A stretch of 64,000 nt of DNA, from positions 851-64,850 of the forward strand of contig VFZH01000002.1 in the NCBI GenBank assembly GCA_016871255.1, given 5' to 3'. Made by a program: the position numbers and the translations under genes. Source of the stretch: Acidimicrobiia bacterium (GTDB lineage Bacteria > Acidobacteriota > Vicinamibacteria > Vicinamibacterales > UBA2999). Of this stretch, positions 37,290 to 46,769 are shown in pieces (the stretch's first letter is position 1; every line of letters starts with the position of its first letter). The notes beneath the pieces were generated by a model that did no database searches, had not been told where the DNA came from, and saw only the letters and a list, made by a program, of their open reading frames with translations.

Positions 37290-37327
37290 GGGCGGGGTGA
37301 GCAGTCACCCCGCCCGTTTGTGTGTGT
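37290..37327 (+). terminator. intrinsic terminator of the Oar-like receptor gene
   Basis: GGGCGGGGTGA-gcag-TCACCCCGCCC is followed by GTTTGTGTGTGTG. Confidence 0.7.
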
Positions 37328-37352
37328 GGAGACGCACCGGGGAGCCGGGACC

Positions 37353-37377
37353 CCGGCCAGCTGAAGCCGGCCGCTAC
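37353..37377. repeat. second copy of the GGCC(G/A)GCTGAAGCCGGC hairpin family
   Basis: The sequence CCGGCCAGCTGAAGCCGGCCGCTAC lies between convergent genes. Compare 7217-7239. Confidence 0.4.
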
Positions 37378-37435
37378 GGTCTGCCTTGCCGGTCGCCGCC
37401 GTTCAGGCCGGCTCAACCTGCAGCCGCGGGACCAG

Positions 37436-38368
37436 CTACTTGAGCTCGGCGTAGATGGCTTCGACCCAGGCGCGGGCGTGATCGAGCCGGTAGTTCTTGA
37501 ACCGCTCGGGAAGCCCCAGCGTGGCGACGGCCTGCTCGGCGCTCTTCCCCTCGGTCTTCGCGGCCCTGGCGGCATCGACGAACGCCCGGGCAAAGTCGGC
37601 GTACTCCTGCAGGTCGGTCATCGAGAACCAGCGCGGCACGTACGGGCCAGGCGGCGGCAACTGGCGGCTGCCCATCACGAACTTGATCGGCGGCTGCACG
37701 GCCTTGAGGGCGGTCACGGCCTTCGCCACGGTGTCCGCAATCGCCACGCCGCTGCCTCCCAGCGCGGAATCGATGACGGGCGTCATCTTGCCGGGGAACA
37801 GATCGCCCAGCACCACCGTGTTCAGGGACGGAAACACGACGACGGTATCACCGGCCGTGCTGCCGGGCCCGAAGTAGTGCAGGTCGATCCGGTTGGTGCC
37901 CTCCCCTTCGCCCACGGTCTTGACCGTGAACGACAGCGTGTCGGTGAACGTCTTGTTGGGCAGGAACTTCGCGTTGGCGCCCTTGAACGCATTCATCGCC
38001 GCCATCGCGGCTTTCGTCTTCTCGTGCGCGACGATCTCCGTTGCGTCCGTGTATTCGCCGATGCTGGCGCCGCCCCTGGCGTTGGTCAGGATGATCCGGA
38101 CGATGTCGCCTTCGGCGCCCTGCGCCACCTTGTTCGCGATGACGTTGCTGCTCCCTGGCGCCCGCGTGTCGAGCAGCGTGATGCGGTCGTCCTCGCCGCC
38201 GAAGGCGAACGAGTGCTGCTGCCCGTCGACCACGAAGATGAACAGCAGACCGACGTTGTCGCCCACGGCCATCATGCGCGGGTCGGCCCCCTGCGCGCGG
38301 GCAGGGACCGCCGCCGGCCCGAGCAGACCTCCCGACAGCAGCAGACCGGCTACGAACGCTCGCTTCAT
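37436..38368 (-). CDS. secreted metallo-beta-lactamase-fold protein with degenerate metal-binding motifs
   Basis: 310 aa with a signal peptide. It is collinear with the MBL fold as I remember it, but the His motifs are replaced. The HxHxDH position reads ILTNARGGASIG, the GPGHT position reads GPGSTAGD, GDLF is retained, and the PGHG position reads VMGSRQ. Confidence 0.45.
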   Translation of the reverse strand: MKRAFVAGLLLSGGLLGPAAVPARAQGADPRMMAVGDNVGLLFIFVVDGQQHSFAFGGEDDRITLLDTRAPGSSNVIANKVAQGAEGDIVRIILTNARGGASIGEYTDATEIVAHEKTKAAMAAMNAFKGANAKFLPNKTFTDTLSFTVKTVGEGEGTNRIDLHYFGPGSTAGDTVVVFPSLNTVVLGDLFPGKMTPVIDSALGGSGVAIADTVAKAVTALKAVQPPIKFVMGSRQLPPPGPYVPRWFSMTDLQEYADFARAFVDAARAAKTEGKSAEQAVATLGLPERFKNYRLDHARAWVEAIYAELK

Positions 38369-38399
38369 GTCGTCCTCCCTCAGCCCGTGGCTCCGATGT

Positions 38400-39704
38400 C
38401 TAGTCGGCCTTCAGCGAGGCACGGATGATTTCGCTGTCGTTGCGGGCGATGATGTGGCCGTTGGCGTACGCCGGGTGCATCCAGCTCACCGCGCCCAGAC
38501 GGCGCCGGTTGTACGGCTTCGTCGTCACCTCGACGAGCTGGATGCGATCCAGCTCCTCGTACCGCTCCGGCGTCAGGCGCGCGATGATCAGCTCGCCACG
38601 ATCGTTGTTGATGAAGTACTTGTCGGAATCCCCCACCCGCACTAGAAACGCGGACGAGAAGCGGGCACGCTCGGCCATCGGCGACTGCGACTCCCAGATC
38701 CGCTCACCGCTCTTCACGTTGAGCGCGCGAAGCTGCCCGTAGCTGCAGATGCCGTAGACGAACCCGTTCTTGACCATCGGCGGCGAGAACAGCGCGTGGA
38801 GATCTTCGGTGTCCACGTCGCTCACCCCTTCGCGCGAGCGCCACAACATCTTCGCGCCCGGCTTGTCGTCGTCGAGCTGCATGACCATCGACCCGAGGTT
38901 GAAGGTCGAGATCATCAGGATGTTCCCGTCCTTCACCGGCAGGCCCGGGTTCACGTCCCCGTAGGTCGCAAACGGCACGTCCCACAGCTTCCTTCCGGTG
39001 GCCGGGTCGAGGGCCAGCACCGCCTGCGTGTGCCAGATGAGCAACTGCCGCGCGCCGGCGTGCTCGATGATGACAGGCGCGGAGCCGCCGATCCCGTTGC
39101 TGAGGGGCGGCATCTTCCACACTTCCCCGCCCGTCATCCTGTCGAGCGCCACGACGTAGCCGCCGTCTTCGCTGTCGAGCTGCAGGATCACCAGGTTGCC
39201 GTCGACGATCGGGTGTGCCGACGTGTCCTGCCGGAAGTCCTTCCGCCACAGCTCCTCGCCCGTCGCCGCCTTCAGCGCGAACAGCAGGCCGGAGCGTCCC
39301 AGCACGTAGACGCGATCGCCGTCGACGGTCGGGGTGGCCGTCGGCCCGCTCCACGACATCATCGAGATGCGCGCCGCGGAGTAGTCCGCCGGCCACTCCT
39401 TCGTCCAGAGGATCTTCCCCGTCTGCTCGTCGAGCGCCAGGGCGCGCTCGGTGCCCTTGAGGTACTCGGTCTCATCGTAGTCGCTGATGAACACCCGTCC
39501 GTCGGCGACCGACGGGCCGCTCATGCCGGCCTTCAGCGGCACGCGCCACGCGACCTTGAGACCGCTCTCCGGAAACGTGTCGATGGTGCCGGTCTCGTTC
39601 CAGACGCCGGTTCGACCCTTGCCCCGGAACTCGGGCCAGTCCTCGGCCTGAAGCCAGGTCGATCCTGCGAGGAGCGCGACGAGGAGCGTGAGTGTTCTCT
39701 TCAT
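38400..39704 (-). CDS. secreted PQQ-like (BamB-like) beta-propeller repeat protein
   Basis: 434 aa. The signal peptide is followed by EDWPEFRGKGRTGVW (typical of the family) and repeated motifs such as G.VF., G..LW and DG.VY. Confidence 0.75.
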   Translation of the reverse strand: MKRTLTLLVALLAGSTWLQAEDWPEFRGKGRTGVWNETGTIDTFPESGLKVAWRVPLKAGMSGPSVADGRVFISDYDETEYLKGTERALALDEQTGKILWTKEWPADYSAARISMMSWSGPTATPTVDGDRVYVLGRSGLLFALKAATGEELWRKDFRQDTSAHPIVDGNLVILQLDSEDGGYVVALDRMTGGEVWKMPPLSNGIGGSAPVIIEHAGARQLLIWHTQAVLALDPATGRKLWDVPFATYGDVNPGLPVKDGNILMISTFNLGSMVMQLDDDKPGAKMLWRSREGVSDVDTEDLHALFSPPMVKNGFVYGICSYGQLRALNVKSGERIWESQSPMAERARFSSAFLVRVGDSDKYFINNDRGELIIARLTPERYEELDRIQLVEVTTKPYNRRRLGAVSWMHPAYANGHIIARNDSEIIRASLKAD

Positions 39705-39868
39705 GATGCTGGACTATAGCGGCTCTTGATGAACCGAAACAAGGTTTGCGCCCGCAGGTGTTCCGCAGGCGCCCAAACCCCTCAACTCTACACCATCGGC
39801 GGGCCGCCGGATTCCCCGGCCGGATGGTAGGATCGGCGCGCGGCTGGAAGCCGCGGGAGGAGACGACC

Positions 39869-40342
39869 ATGAGACATGTCATTGCCGGCGCCGTGCTCAC
39901 GGGCGCCCTGGCTGCCCTGCCTGCGGCCCAGTCGGGCGAACAGGGCGTGAAGGACGAGGTGATTGCCGCGCAGAAGCGCTTCTACACGGCCTACCGGACG
40001 TGCGACAAGGCGACGATGGCGACGCTGGTCACCGACGACATGATGTACCTGCATTCGACGGGAGGCCTGCAGAAGAACAAGGCCGAGCTCGTCGACTCGC
40101 TCAACCCGGCCAACTGTCCGTTCGAGATCCTGCAGGTGGATCCCACCAGCGTCCGGGTCTACGGCGACTCGGCGATCATCTTCGGCAACCTGCGCTACAA
40201 GCCGAAGAACGGTCCGGAAACCATGGGGAAGAAGATCGCCTCGCAGGTATTCGTGAAGCGCGACGGCCGGTGGCTCTTCGCCTCGAACATCTCGATGGAG
40301 CCCGTGCCGCTCGACACCAGCCTGAAGCTCTCCCAGAACTAG
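39869..40342 (+). CDS. secreted NTF2-like (SnoaL/DUF4440-type) protein
   Basis: ATG 39869 follows a GGGAGGAG RBS. It has a signal peptide. The NTF2-like pattern is VIAAQKRFYTAYRTCDKATMATLVTDDMMYLHSTG ... VFVKRDGRWLF. Confidence 0.6.
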   Translation: MRHVIAGAVLTGALAALPAAQSGEQGVKDEVIAAQKRFYTAYRTCDKATMATLVTDDMMYLHSTGGLQKNKAELVDSLNPANCPFEILQVDPTSVRVYGDSAIIFGNLRYKPKNGPETMGKKIASQVFVKRDGRWLFASNISMEPVPLDTSLKLSQN

Positions 40343-40359
40343 CCCCCTGAAACGCGAAA

Positions 40360-40399
40360 GCGGGGAGCCGGTTGCCCGGCTCCCCGCTTCGCTTCTTCC
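40360..40399 (+). terminator. intrinsic terminator
   Basis: GCGGGGAGCCGG-ttgc-CCGGCTCCCCGC is followed by TTCGCTTCTTCC. Confidence 0.7.
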
Positions 40400-40415
40400 C
40401 TGGTACTCGTGGCGG

Positions 40416-40478
40416 CCAGCTCCGCCTCCGCTGACGCTTCGGCGGACCACCGCAGCCTTGGCGGAGGTGGTCAGCTGG
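40416..40478. repeat. REP-like intergenic hairpin element, copy B
   Basis: CCAGCTCCGCCTCCGC (40416-40431) pairs with GCGGAGGTGGTCAGCTGG (40461-40478) around TGACGCTTCGGCGGACCACCGCAGCCTTG. The stem differs from copy A by a compensatory G:C to C:G swap. Confidence 0.6.
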
Positions 40479-40488
40479 CCCTTGCGAA

Positions 40489-43400
40489 CTAGAACGTGTA
40501 CTGCCCGTTGAACTTGATCGTCCGTGCGCCGAGGATGCGCGTCGGCGTGCCCCAGGCCCCGCCGAACGTGTTGTTGCGCGCCAGCACGGCCGCGCTGTTG
40601 AAGATGTTGTAGAGGTCCAGCGACAACCGCAGCCGCCCGACCCCGGTGTGCAGCAGCTTGGCCACCCGGAAATCGAGCTGGTTGATCCGATCCTCACGCA
40701 GCGTCAGGGGTTCGATCACCGGGATCGACACCGTCGCCGTGCAGGGCCCGCTCGCGTTGGCACAAGCCGCCGGGTTCCGGCCCAGCGCCTGGAAGATCTG
40801 CGCCGAGGTGAACGGCACGTTGGCGAGAATCTGCGCGCCCGCCAGGTTCTGGTACACACCAGACAGCTCGATGCCGTACGGCATCGGAAAGGACCCGGAG
40901 ACCTTCAGCTGGCCGCTGTTGCTGTTCCACCACGGCTCGCTCGTCTTGCAGAAGTGGAGCGCGTCCGGCGAGTCGACCACGACGCAGTTGTCCGTCACCT
41001 CGCTGCCGAGCGCCACGCCGCCCTGGAGCAGCGCGCCGTTCGGGAAGCGGCCGTGCATCTCGAGATCGACGCCGTTGAAGTACTGCTTCCGGTCGCCGAA
41101 CGTCTTCTCGTTGCGCACCAGCGTCCGGACCTGCCCGAACCTGGCCCGGCTGATCATCGACTGGTTGCACAGCTGGTAGCCGCCGCCGCCGGGCAGCCGC
41201 GAGTCGGTCGGCGCGTTGATGCAGAACGTGTCGTAGTCCGACGGTGTCACGAGCGTGTTGTCGCTCACCGTCTGGTCGAAATGCTGGATGCGGTAGTAGC
41301 TGATGCTCGCGCCGAGATTGTCGCGGAGCTCGCGCGAGAACGACCCCGAGTACTGCCACGAATACTCGCGGTTCTCGGTCAGGTAGTCCGGGTCGAAGAA
41401 CGTGGTGACCCGGGGCGAGCCGAACGCGGCGTCCGACAGCGGCCCCAGCTCGTTGGCCTGCGGCAGGAAGTCGCCGTTGGTGTCGCTCCAGGTCCGGATG
41501 GCCGACGTCACGATGGCCAGCGCGGGATTGGTCGGCTGCACCGTGCCGGAACCGGCCGCGGCGACGTAGCGACCTGCCGACACCTTCACGGCCGTCTTGC
41601 CGTCGCCGTTCAGATCCCATGCGAGACCCAGACGCGGCGACACGTCACGCCACGTCGGCGTGTCCTCGATGCGTGACACGCTGAAGCCAGGCACGAACGC
41701 GCCGTCCGGCGACGACTGATCCGGGCTCCAGCCATCGAACATGTCGAACCGCGCGCCCAGATTCAGCGTGAAGCGGTTGAGCGACCACTGGTCCTGTCCG
41801 TAGATGCCGACGTTCCGGAAATCCGCGCGGTTGAACTTCGGGTGCGCGAAGATCTGGATCGAGTTCGGCACGCCGTTGAAGAGCCGCAGGTCAACCGGGC
41901 CAAACCCCGCGAGCACGTTGTTCGAGCCGTTCTGCTCGACCAGGCCATGGGCCGCGGAGAAGCCGACCTTGAAGGCGTGCGATCCGGTGACGTACGAGAC
42001 CGACGCGCGACCGTTCTGCTGCCCGGCCTCGCTGTCGTCACACACGGGCTTCGGCCCCTGGCAGTCCGTGTACGGCAGCGCCCCGCTCGATCGGGCGCCC
42101 CAGACCCGGCCGAGCGCGAGGTCCGTGTACCGCAGGTCGTCGTAGTCCACGCCCTGGCGGCCCGTGCCCGGTTCCTGGCAGCGGTCCTCGTGGCAGAACG
42201 CGAACGGGTTCTTGAGGTACGTGAACCCGCCCTCGATCAGCAGCCGGCTCGTCTGCACCCGGTTCCACGTGATCTGCGACAGGTGGTTCGACGGCAGGTG
42301 GTTGTGCGACGCGGCCTCCGGCGCCACGTTCGCGCCGATGCCCAGGTAGCAGACGCACTGGTCGCCACGGTTACCGTAGTAGCCCAGCTTGTCCTTCTGC
42401 GTCATCTGCCAGTTGATCCGGCCCGTGTTGTCCTGGTTGTAGTTCTCCAGGTACCCCGGGCGGCTGGTGTCCGGCGTGTAGAACCGTGTGCCCTGCGTCG
42501 CGTTGAAAAAGCTCCCCGGCTGGTCCACCGAGTCGCCCCACCAGCGGTGGGCGGTGAAGAACCACAGCCGGTCGCGCTTGATCGGCCCGCCGACCGCGCC
42601 GCCGTAGTCGTAGATCTTCCTGATACTGCCCGGGGTCACGGCGCCGCGAGCGCGAAGGGCGTCGGTGATGTTTTCCGACTGGAGGTCGCCGCTGGTGTAG
42701 GCGGCGCGGCCGGAGCCCGAGAAGTTGTTGCCGCCGTCCTTCGGGACGAAGTTCACCTGCACGCCGGCGGTCTCCGTCTCCGCCGTCATGCCGCTGAAGG
42801 CCATCGTGGCCTCCTGCATCGCCTCCATGTTGTAGTGCTGGCCCGCGTGGAACGCGCCGCCGTTGGTCCCCATGGAGTTGTTCGTGTTCATCCCGTCCAT
42901 GGCGAACTTCTGGTCGGTGCCGCGGCTGCCGTGCACGGTCGTCGTGCCCTGCTCGCCCGCCGAGCCGGCCACGTCCTGCGTCGAGGCGCCGCCCATCACC
43001 ACGCCCAGTGTCAGCGCCGAGAAGCTCGCCAGCGTCTGCGCGTTCGGCAGCGCGTCGAGCACCTCGCGCGTCATCACGTTCTGCGCCCGGACGTTCTGCA
43101 CGTCCACCGTCGGGCTGGCGCCGGACACCGTGACGGTTTCCTCGAGCGAGCCGACCTTGAGCTGCGCGTTGACCGGGGCGGTGAACCCCTGCGTCAACGT
43201 GATCCCCTCACGCACGACCACGCTGAACCCGGTCAGCGTGAAGGTGACGGTGTAGGTGCCGGGACGCAGCAACGTCACGTTGTAGCGCCCCGTCCCGTCG
43301 GTCACGACGGTGCGGACGCCCTCGATGAGCGCCGGGCTGCTGACTTCGACGGTGACGCCGGGAAGGACGCCCCCGGTGTCGTCCGTGACGGTGCCCGAAA

Positions 43401-43497
43401 TGCCGCTGTCCTGGGCCAGGACCCGGCCGGGACTGACGAGCAGCGTCGCCAGGGCCAGGCAGCCCAGGCTCAGCCACATCCGTGCTGTGAATCTCAT
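40489..43497 (-). CDS. Oar-like TonB-dependent receptor, paralog 2
   Basis: ATG 43497 follows a GGAGGGGG RBS, inside ORF 40489..43539. Features are a signal peptide, GISGTVTDDTGGVLPGVTVEVSSP, RLWFFTAHRWWGD (also in paralog 1) and the terminal GQYTF. Confidence 0.8.
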   Translation of the reverse strand: MRFTARMWLSLGCLALATLLVSPGRVLAQDSGISGTVTDDTGGVLPGVTVEVSSPALIEGVRTVVTDGTGRYNVTLLRPGTYTVTFTLTGFSVVVREGITLTQGFTAPVNAQLKVGSLEETVTVSGASPTVDVQNVRAQNVMTREVLDALPNAQTLASFSALTLGVVMGGASTQDVAGSAGEQGTTTVHGSRGTDQKFAMDGMNTNNSMGTNGGAFHAGQHYNMEAMQEATMAFSGMTAETETAGVQVNFVPKDGGNNFSGSGRAAYTSGDLQSENITDALRARGAVTPGSIRKIYDYGGAVGGPIKRDRLWFFTAHRWWGDSVDQPGSFFNATQGTRFYTPDTSRPGYLENYNQDNTGRINWQMTQKDKLGYYGNRGDQCVCYLGIGANVAPEAASHNHLPSNHLSQITWNRVQTSRLLIEGGFTYLKNPFAFCHEDRCQEPGTGRQGVDYDDLRYTDLALGRVWGARSSGALPYTDCQGPKPVCDDSEAGQQNGRASVSYVTGSHAFKVGFSAAHGLVEQNGSNNVLAGFGPVDLRLFNGVPNSIQIFAHPKFNRADFRNVGIYGQDQWSLNRFTLNLGARFDMFDGWSPDQSSPDGAFVPGFSVSRIEDTPTWRDVSPRLGLAWDLNGDGKTAVKVSAGRYVAAAGSGTVQPTNPALAIVTSAIRTWSDTNGDFLPQANELGPLSDAAFGSPRVTTFFDPDYLTENREYSWQYSGSFSRELRDNLGASISYYRIQHFDQTVSDNTLVTPSDYDTFCINAPTDSRLPGGGGYQLCNQSMISRARFGQVRTLVRNEKTFGDRKQYFNGVDLEMHGRFPNGALLQGGVALGSEVTDNCVVVDSPDALHFCKTSEPWWNSNSGQLKVSGSFPMPYGIELSGVYQNLAGAQILANVPFTSAQIFQALGRNPAACANASGPCTATVSIPVIEPLTLREDRINQLDFRVAKLLHTGVGRLRLSLDLYNIFNSAAVLARNNTFGGAWGTPTRILGARTIKFNGQYTF

Positions 43498-43546
43498 ACC
43501 CCCTCCAGTTGCAAGGGCCCGCCAATCGGGCCACGCCAAGCTCTTC

Positions 43547-43576
43547 TTTATACAAAATGCCGAGCTAAGCGGTCAA
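43547..43576 (-). promoter_or_regulatory. candidate sigma-70-type promoter (TTGACC - 18 nt - TATAAA) for receptor paralog 2
   Basis: The minus strand reads GTTGACCgcttagctcggcattttgTATAAA, about 50 nt upstream of ATG 43497. Confidence 0.45.
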
Positions 43577-43660
43577 CCGTGAGCAAGCTCAGCGGTGACA
43601 GGGGTGTCAGACGCTCCCTGAGGGCCCCCGACACCTCGGGCGCGGGGGGGGCCTGGGAGC

Positions 43661-43687
43661 ACGGAAACCGCGCTCAGAAGGGCGCGG
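43661..43687 (-). terminator. possible terminator after the 43771..46023 gene
   Basis: The minus strand reads CCGCGC-ccttctga-GCGCGG followed by TTTCCGT. The stem is short. Confidence 0.3.
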
Positions 43688-43770
43688 GAGGCCGGAAAAC
43701 GGGGCAGGAGCAGGGACCCGCTGGCAGCCGGGAGGAAGCCAGCCGCCAGCGTGTCACTGATGAGCCTTCT

Positions 43771-46023
43771 CTAGCGGGCCAGCGGGTCGGGCCGGATCTG
43801 GAAATGGACCATCTTGCTCGTAGTCCCCTTCCCGCCCTCGGTCTGCCACACGAAGTTCGTGCCGTAGTTGGCCCAGAGCCCGCGTGCCTTCCACCCGCCG
43901 CTCGGGTCGTCGATCCGGCCGTCGAGCCCGCGTGAGTAGAACCCCAGCGGGTACGGCACCCGGAGCACGGTCCACTCGCGGGTCTGCGGGTTCAGGACCA
44001 GCAGCGAGTCCGAGCCGGAGCCGGTCGCAACGGGCAGGTTCTCGCCCAGGCCCGACGTGTTGAACTGGTCCACCCAGTTGTAATAGTGGAAGTCGGCGTT
44101 GATGTTGTCGGTGCCCCTGAAGTTGGGACCCGCCGTCAGCGGGTAGTGCGTCCAGCCCTCGTCGCAGTGCCGGCCGGCCGCCAGCTCGCGGCCGCTGAAC
44201 ACCTGGCACTTGCGGCGGTCGAAGCTGATGAAGCCGCCGCTTCCCGACAACGCCGACCAGACCACGCCGTTCCGATCGACGTCGATGCCGCGCGGCCCGA
44301 ACGCCACGTCGGGCGTGGGCACCTCGAACATCTCGGCCTTGCAGGTCTCCGGAGGGTTGCTGCCGAGCTCCAGGCGCACGAAGTTGCCGGGGTAGCTGGT
44401 GCCTGCCGACCACACGGAGTTGTCCGCAGGGCTGACGATGATGCCGTAGCTGCCGGCGTTGACGCGCGTATCCAGCTTGGGATCGAAGCTGTCCGCCAGC
44501 CGGCCGCCGCCACCGCCCTCGTCGACCGACCGGCCGCCGCCGGCGGGCTCGTTCCACGGCTTGGTGATCCGGCCGTCGCCATTGGTGTCGAGCACGGTCG
44601 GGCACCAGCCCTGCGCCTTCTGCTCGTCCTTCGTCTCGTCCCAGACCTTGGAGTCGACCCAGGGGATCACCGCTCCGCCGCCACTGAAGTACAGCGTTTC
44701 GTTCGGGTCTTCGCCGAACTGCAGGTGGTGCGTGCCGAAGCAGGTCATGATGAGGCCGAACTGCCCCGTCTTGGGGTCGTAGACCGAGGCGTGCCGGCCG
44801 GCGCGGCGCGGGAGGGGGTAGTACTCGGCGAACTTGTTGCCACTGCCCTCCAGGCACCACGAGGGCTGATCACCCTGCGACACCGTGGAGGTGTTCCAGA
44901 TCCGCCCCTTCGAGTCCATCATCGGGTTGTGCGGGTCCGACACGCCCGAGTGCACGATCTGATCACCCCAGTAGAGCGACGGCTTCGGCTGCGTGGCGGG
45001 GAACCGCGAGCGCATGGTCGAGGGATCGTCGCGCGTCGGTATCGGGATGTCCCACGCCCGGTTCTCGAGCGGGTCGAGCGCCACGATCGTGCCCGCTGCC
45101 GCGTCCACGGCGTAGACCGGGCCGTTGGCGCCCACAGTGGGATTCTGTTTCGAGGTCGTGATCTCGTCGTGCATGTAGGAGAACTCGTTGCCCCAGTCCC
45201 ACAGCGTCACGACGAGGTTCCGTTCGACACCCGAGGGGCGTGGCGGCTGCGGGGGCACTTCGCCCTTCATGATCCGATCGGTCCAGTCGGCGTACATCCC
45301 GAGGGTGCCCTTGAGACCGAGGCGAGCCGCCATGCCGTACATCTGGCCCCCGCGCTGGCCGGTCTGCACCCGGTACTCCCACGCGTCGTAGGTGGACTTG
45401 AGCCCGAACTTCGCGAGATCCATATGCCCGATCTCACGCGTGGGCTTGTTGCCGAGCTGGTGGCACAACTGACAGCCCTGCTTGAGCTGGTCGATGTACT
45501 GCGCCTGCGTCCGGTAGATCTCGGAGATGCCGTTCCCCTTCTCGCCCGTGCCGGGGAACTGATCCTTCGCCGGGATGTTCAGCAGCGAGTACCAGTAGTT
45601 GGCCGGGTAGACCTGCGCGGCCTCCTGCGGTGTGCGGGCCACAACGGCCTTCAGCGCGACGACAGGCTCCTTGCCTCCCTGGGTGACGGCAACCTGGACG
45701 GGTGTCGAGTCGGTCAGGCCGTACCCCCGCACCCACACCTCGTAGGTCGCCGCCGGCAGATCGGGCAGCACCCACCGCCCCTCGTCGTCAGTGACCACGA
45801 TCTTGACGAACTTCGTCGGAAGGTCGTCGGTCTCGGCGATCACCCACACGCCCGGCTCTCGGCCGGCTGCGCTCTCGACCGTGCCGCTCGCCGAGCCGTT
45901 GCGCGAGAGCTGCTGTGCCGCGGAGGGTTGCCCCTGCGTCGCCAGCGCCGCGCACACGGCCGCCACCAGCGCGCCCGTCGCGGCGCGAATCCAGACCTGA
46001 CGTCCCAGGGTGGTCATGGTCAT
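43771..46023 (-). CDS. secreted protein: CarboxypepD_reg-like domain + single CxxCH motif + beta-propeller-like C-terminal region
   Basis: ATG 46023 follows an AAGGAGAG RBS, inside ORF 43771..46149. After the signal peptide come GTVESAAGREPGVWVIAE..Y.V.V.G.G (CarboxypepD_reg-like) and LKQGCQLCHQLGN (CxxCH). The C-terminal half has repeated blade-like segments such as GPRGIDVDRNGVVWSA. Confidence 0.55.
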   Translation of the reverse strand: MTMTTLGRQVWIRAATGALVAAVCAALATQGQPSAAQQLSRNGSASGTVESAAGREPGVWVIAETDDLPTKFVKIVVTDDEGRWVLPDLPAATYEVWVRGYGLTDSTPVQVAVTQGGKEPVVALKAVVARTPQEAAQVYPANYWYSLLNIPAKDQFPGTGEKGNGISEIYRTQAQYIDQLKQGCQLCHQLGNKPTREIGHMDLAKFGLKSTYDAWEYRVQTGQRGGQMYGMAARLGLKGTLGMYADWTDRIMKGEVPPQPPRPSGVERNLVVTLWDWGNEFSYMHDEITTSKQNPTVGANGPVYAVDAAAGTIVALDPLENRAWDIPIPTRDDPSTMRSRFPATQPKPSLYWGDQIVHSGVSDPHNPMMDSKGRIWNTSTVSQGDQPSWCLEGSGNKFAEYYPLPRRAGRHASVYDPKTGQFGLIMTCFGTHHLQFGEDPNETLYFSGGGAVIPWVDSKVWDETKDEQKAQGWCPTVLDTNGDGRITKPWNEPAGGGRSVDEGGGGGRLADSFDPKLDTRVNAGSYGIIVSPADNSVWSAGTSYPGNFVRLELGSNPPETCKAEMFEVPTPDVAFGPRGIDVDRNGVVWSALSGSGGFISFDRRKCQVFSGRELAAGRHCDEGWTHYPLTAGPNFRGTDNINADFHYYNWVDQFNTSGLGENLPVATGSGSDSLLVLNPQTREWTVLRVPYPLGFYSRGLDGRIDDPSGGWKARGLWANYGTNFVWQTEGGKGTTSKMVHFQIRPDPLAR

Positions 46024-46306
46024 CTCTCCTTGTGAACACTCGACGGAGCCGACGGGGTCCACGGGGCGGCGTTCACGGCGGGCGCCACGCGGGCCACGAC
46101 TCCGGGCGAGCGGAGTCGGAACGCCCCATGATGCGGGAAGCCGCCGCACAGATCAACCGCCGAAAGGGTCACCGGGGGGACCGGGCAGGCAGGACGGGCC
46201 GCGGGCCACGGCGGCACGCCGGGGTCTGGGCCCGGAGCAAGGCACCCGGCGACCCTGGCGAAGCGCTCGGAGCCCCGCCAGAGTCGCCCGGGCCGAATGC
46301 GGGCGG

Positions 46307-46720
46307 TTACTGCTCTTGGGGAGCGCCGGTGCCGGACGAACCCGCGAACAGCCGCCGGCCGTCGGACAGCGTGACGTTGCTGGCGTTGGCGGTCGGCGTG
46401 CCGTCCTTGGCGAGCCAGCCGCGCACGGTCACGGCCGCGCCGACCGGCAGGTCGGTCCGGCGCCAGCCGCGGCGGTAGAGCGCCTGCGGCAGCGCGAACT
46501 CGATCGCCCAGTTCGTGATCTTGCCGGTTTCGTCCTTCACGTCGATGTGCAGCCAGGCGTGCGGGTTGACCCACTTCATCTCGGTGATGGTGCCTTCGAG
46601 GGTCACCGGCTTGTTCGCGTCGAACTCGGCCGAGAAGGAGTGGTGGGCCGTGAGCGGGGCCACGAGCGCCAGCGCGATGCCGGCCGCCAGGGCCATCGAG
46701 ACTGTGAGTCGAGCCTTCAT
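46307..46720 (-). CDS. small secreted protein (DUF6152-like; mature N-terminus HHSFSAEFD)
   Basis: ATG 46720 follows a GGGAGGAAG RBS. The signal peptide ends at TAHHSFSAEFDANKPVTLEGTITEMKWVNPHAWL. The family name is from memory and uncertain. Confidence 0.5.
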   Translation of the reverse strand: MKARLTVSMALAAGIALALVAPLTAHHSFSAEFDANKPVTLEGTITEMKWVNPHAWLHIDVKDETGKITNWAIEFALPQALYRRGWRRTDLPVGAAVTVRGWLAKDGTPTANASNVTLSDGRRLFAGSSGTGAPQEQ

Positions 46721-46769
46721 GAGATCTTCCTCCCTTTGCCCAGCGACCGTCTCGAGACGAATCGGCGCC

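Noticed and set aside
43511-43527. Sigma-54-like TTGGCGGGCCCTTGCA on the minus strand upstream of receptor paralog 2.
   Set aside because: GG and GC are separated by 9 nt rather than 10. The TTGCA also sits only 4 nt from the Shine-Dalgarno, leaving no room for a transcript start. The TTGACC-18-TATAAA promoter further upstream is a better explanation.
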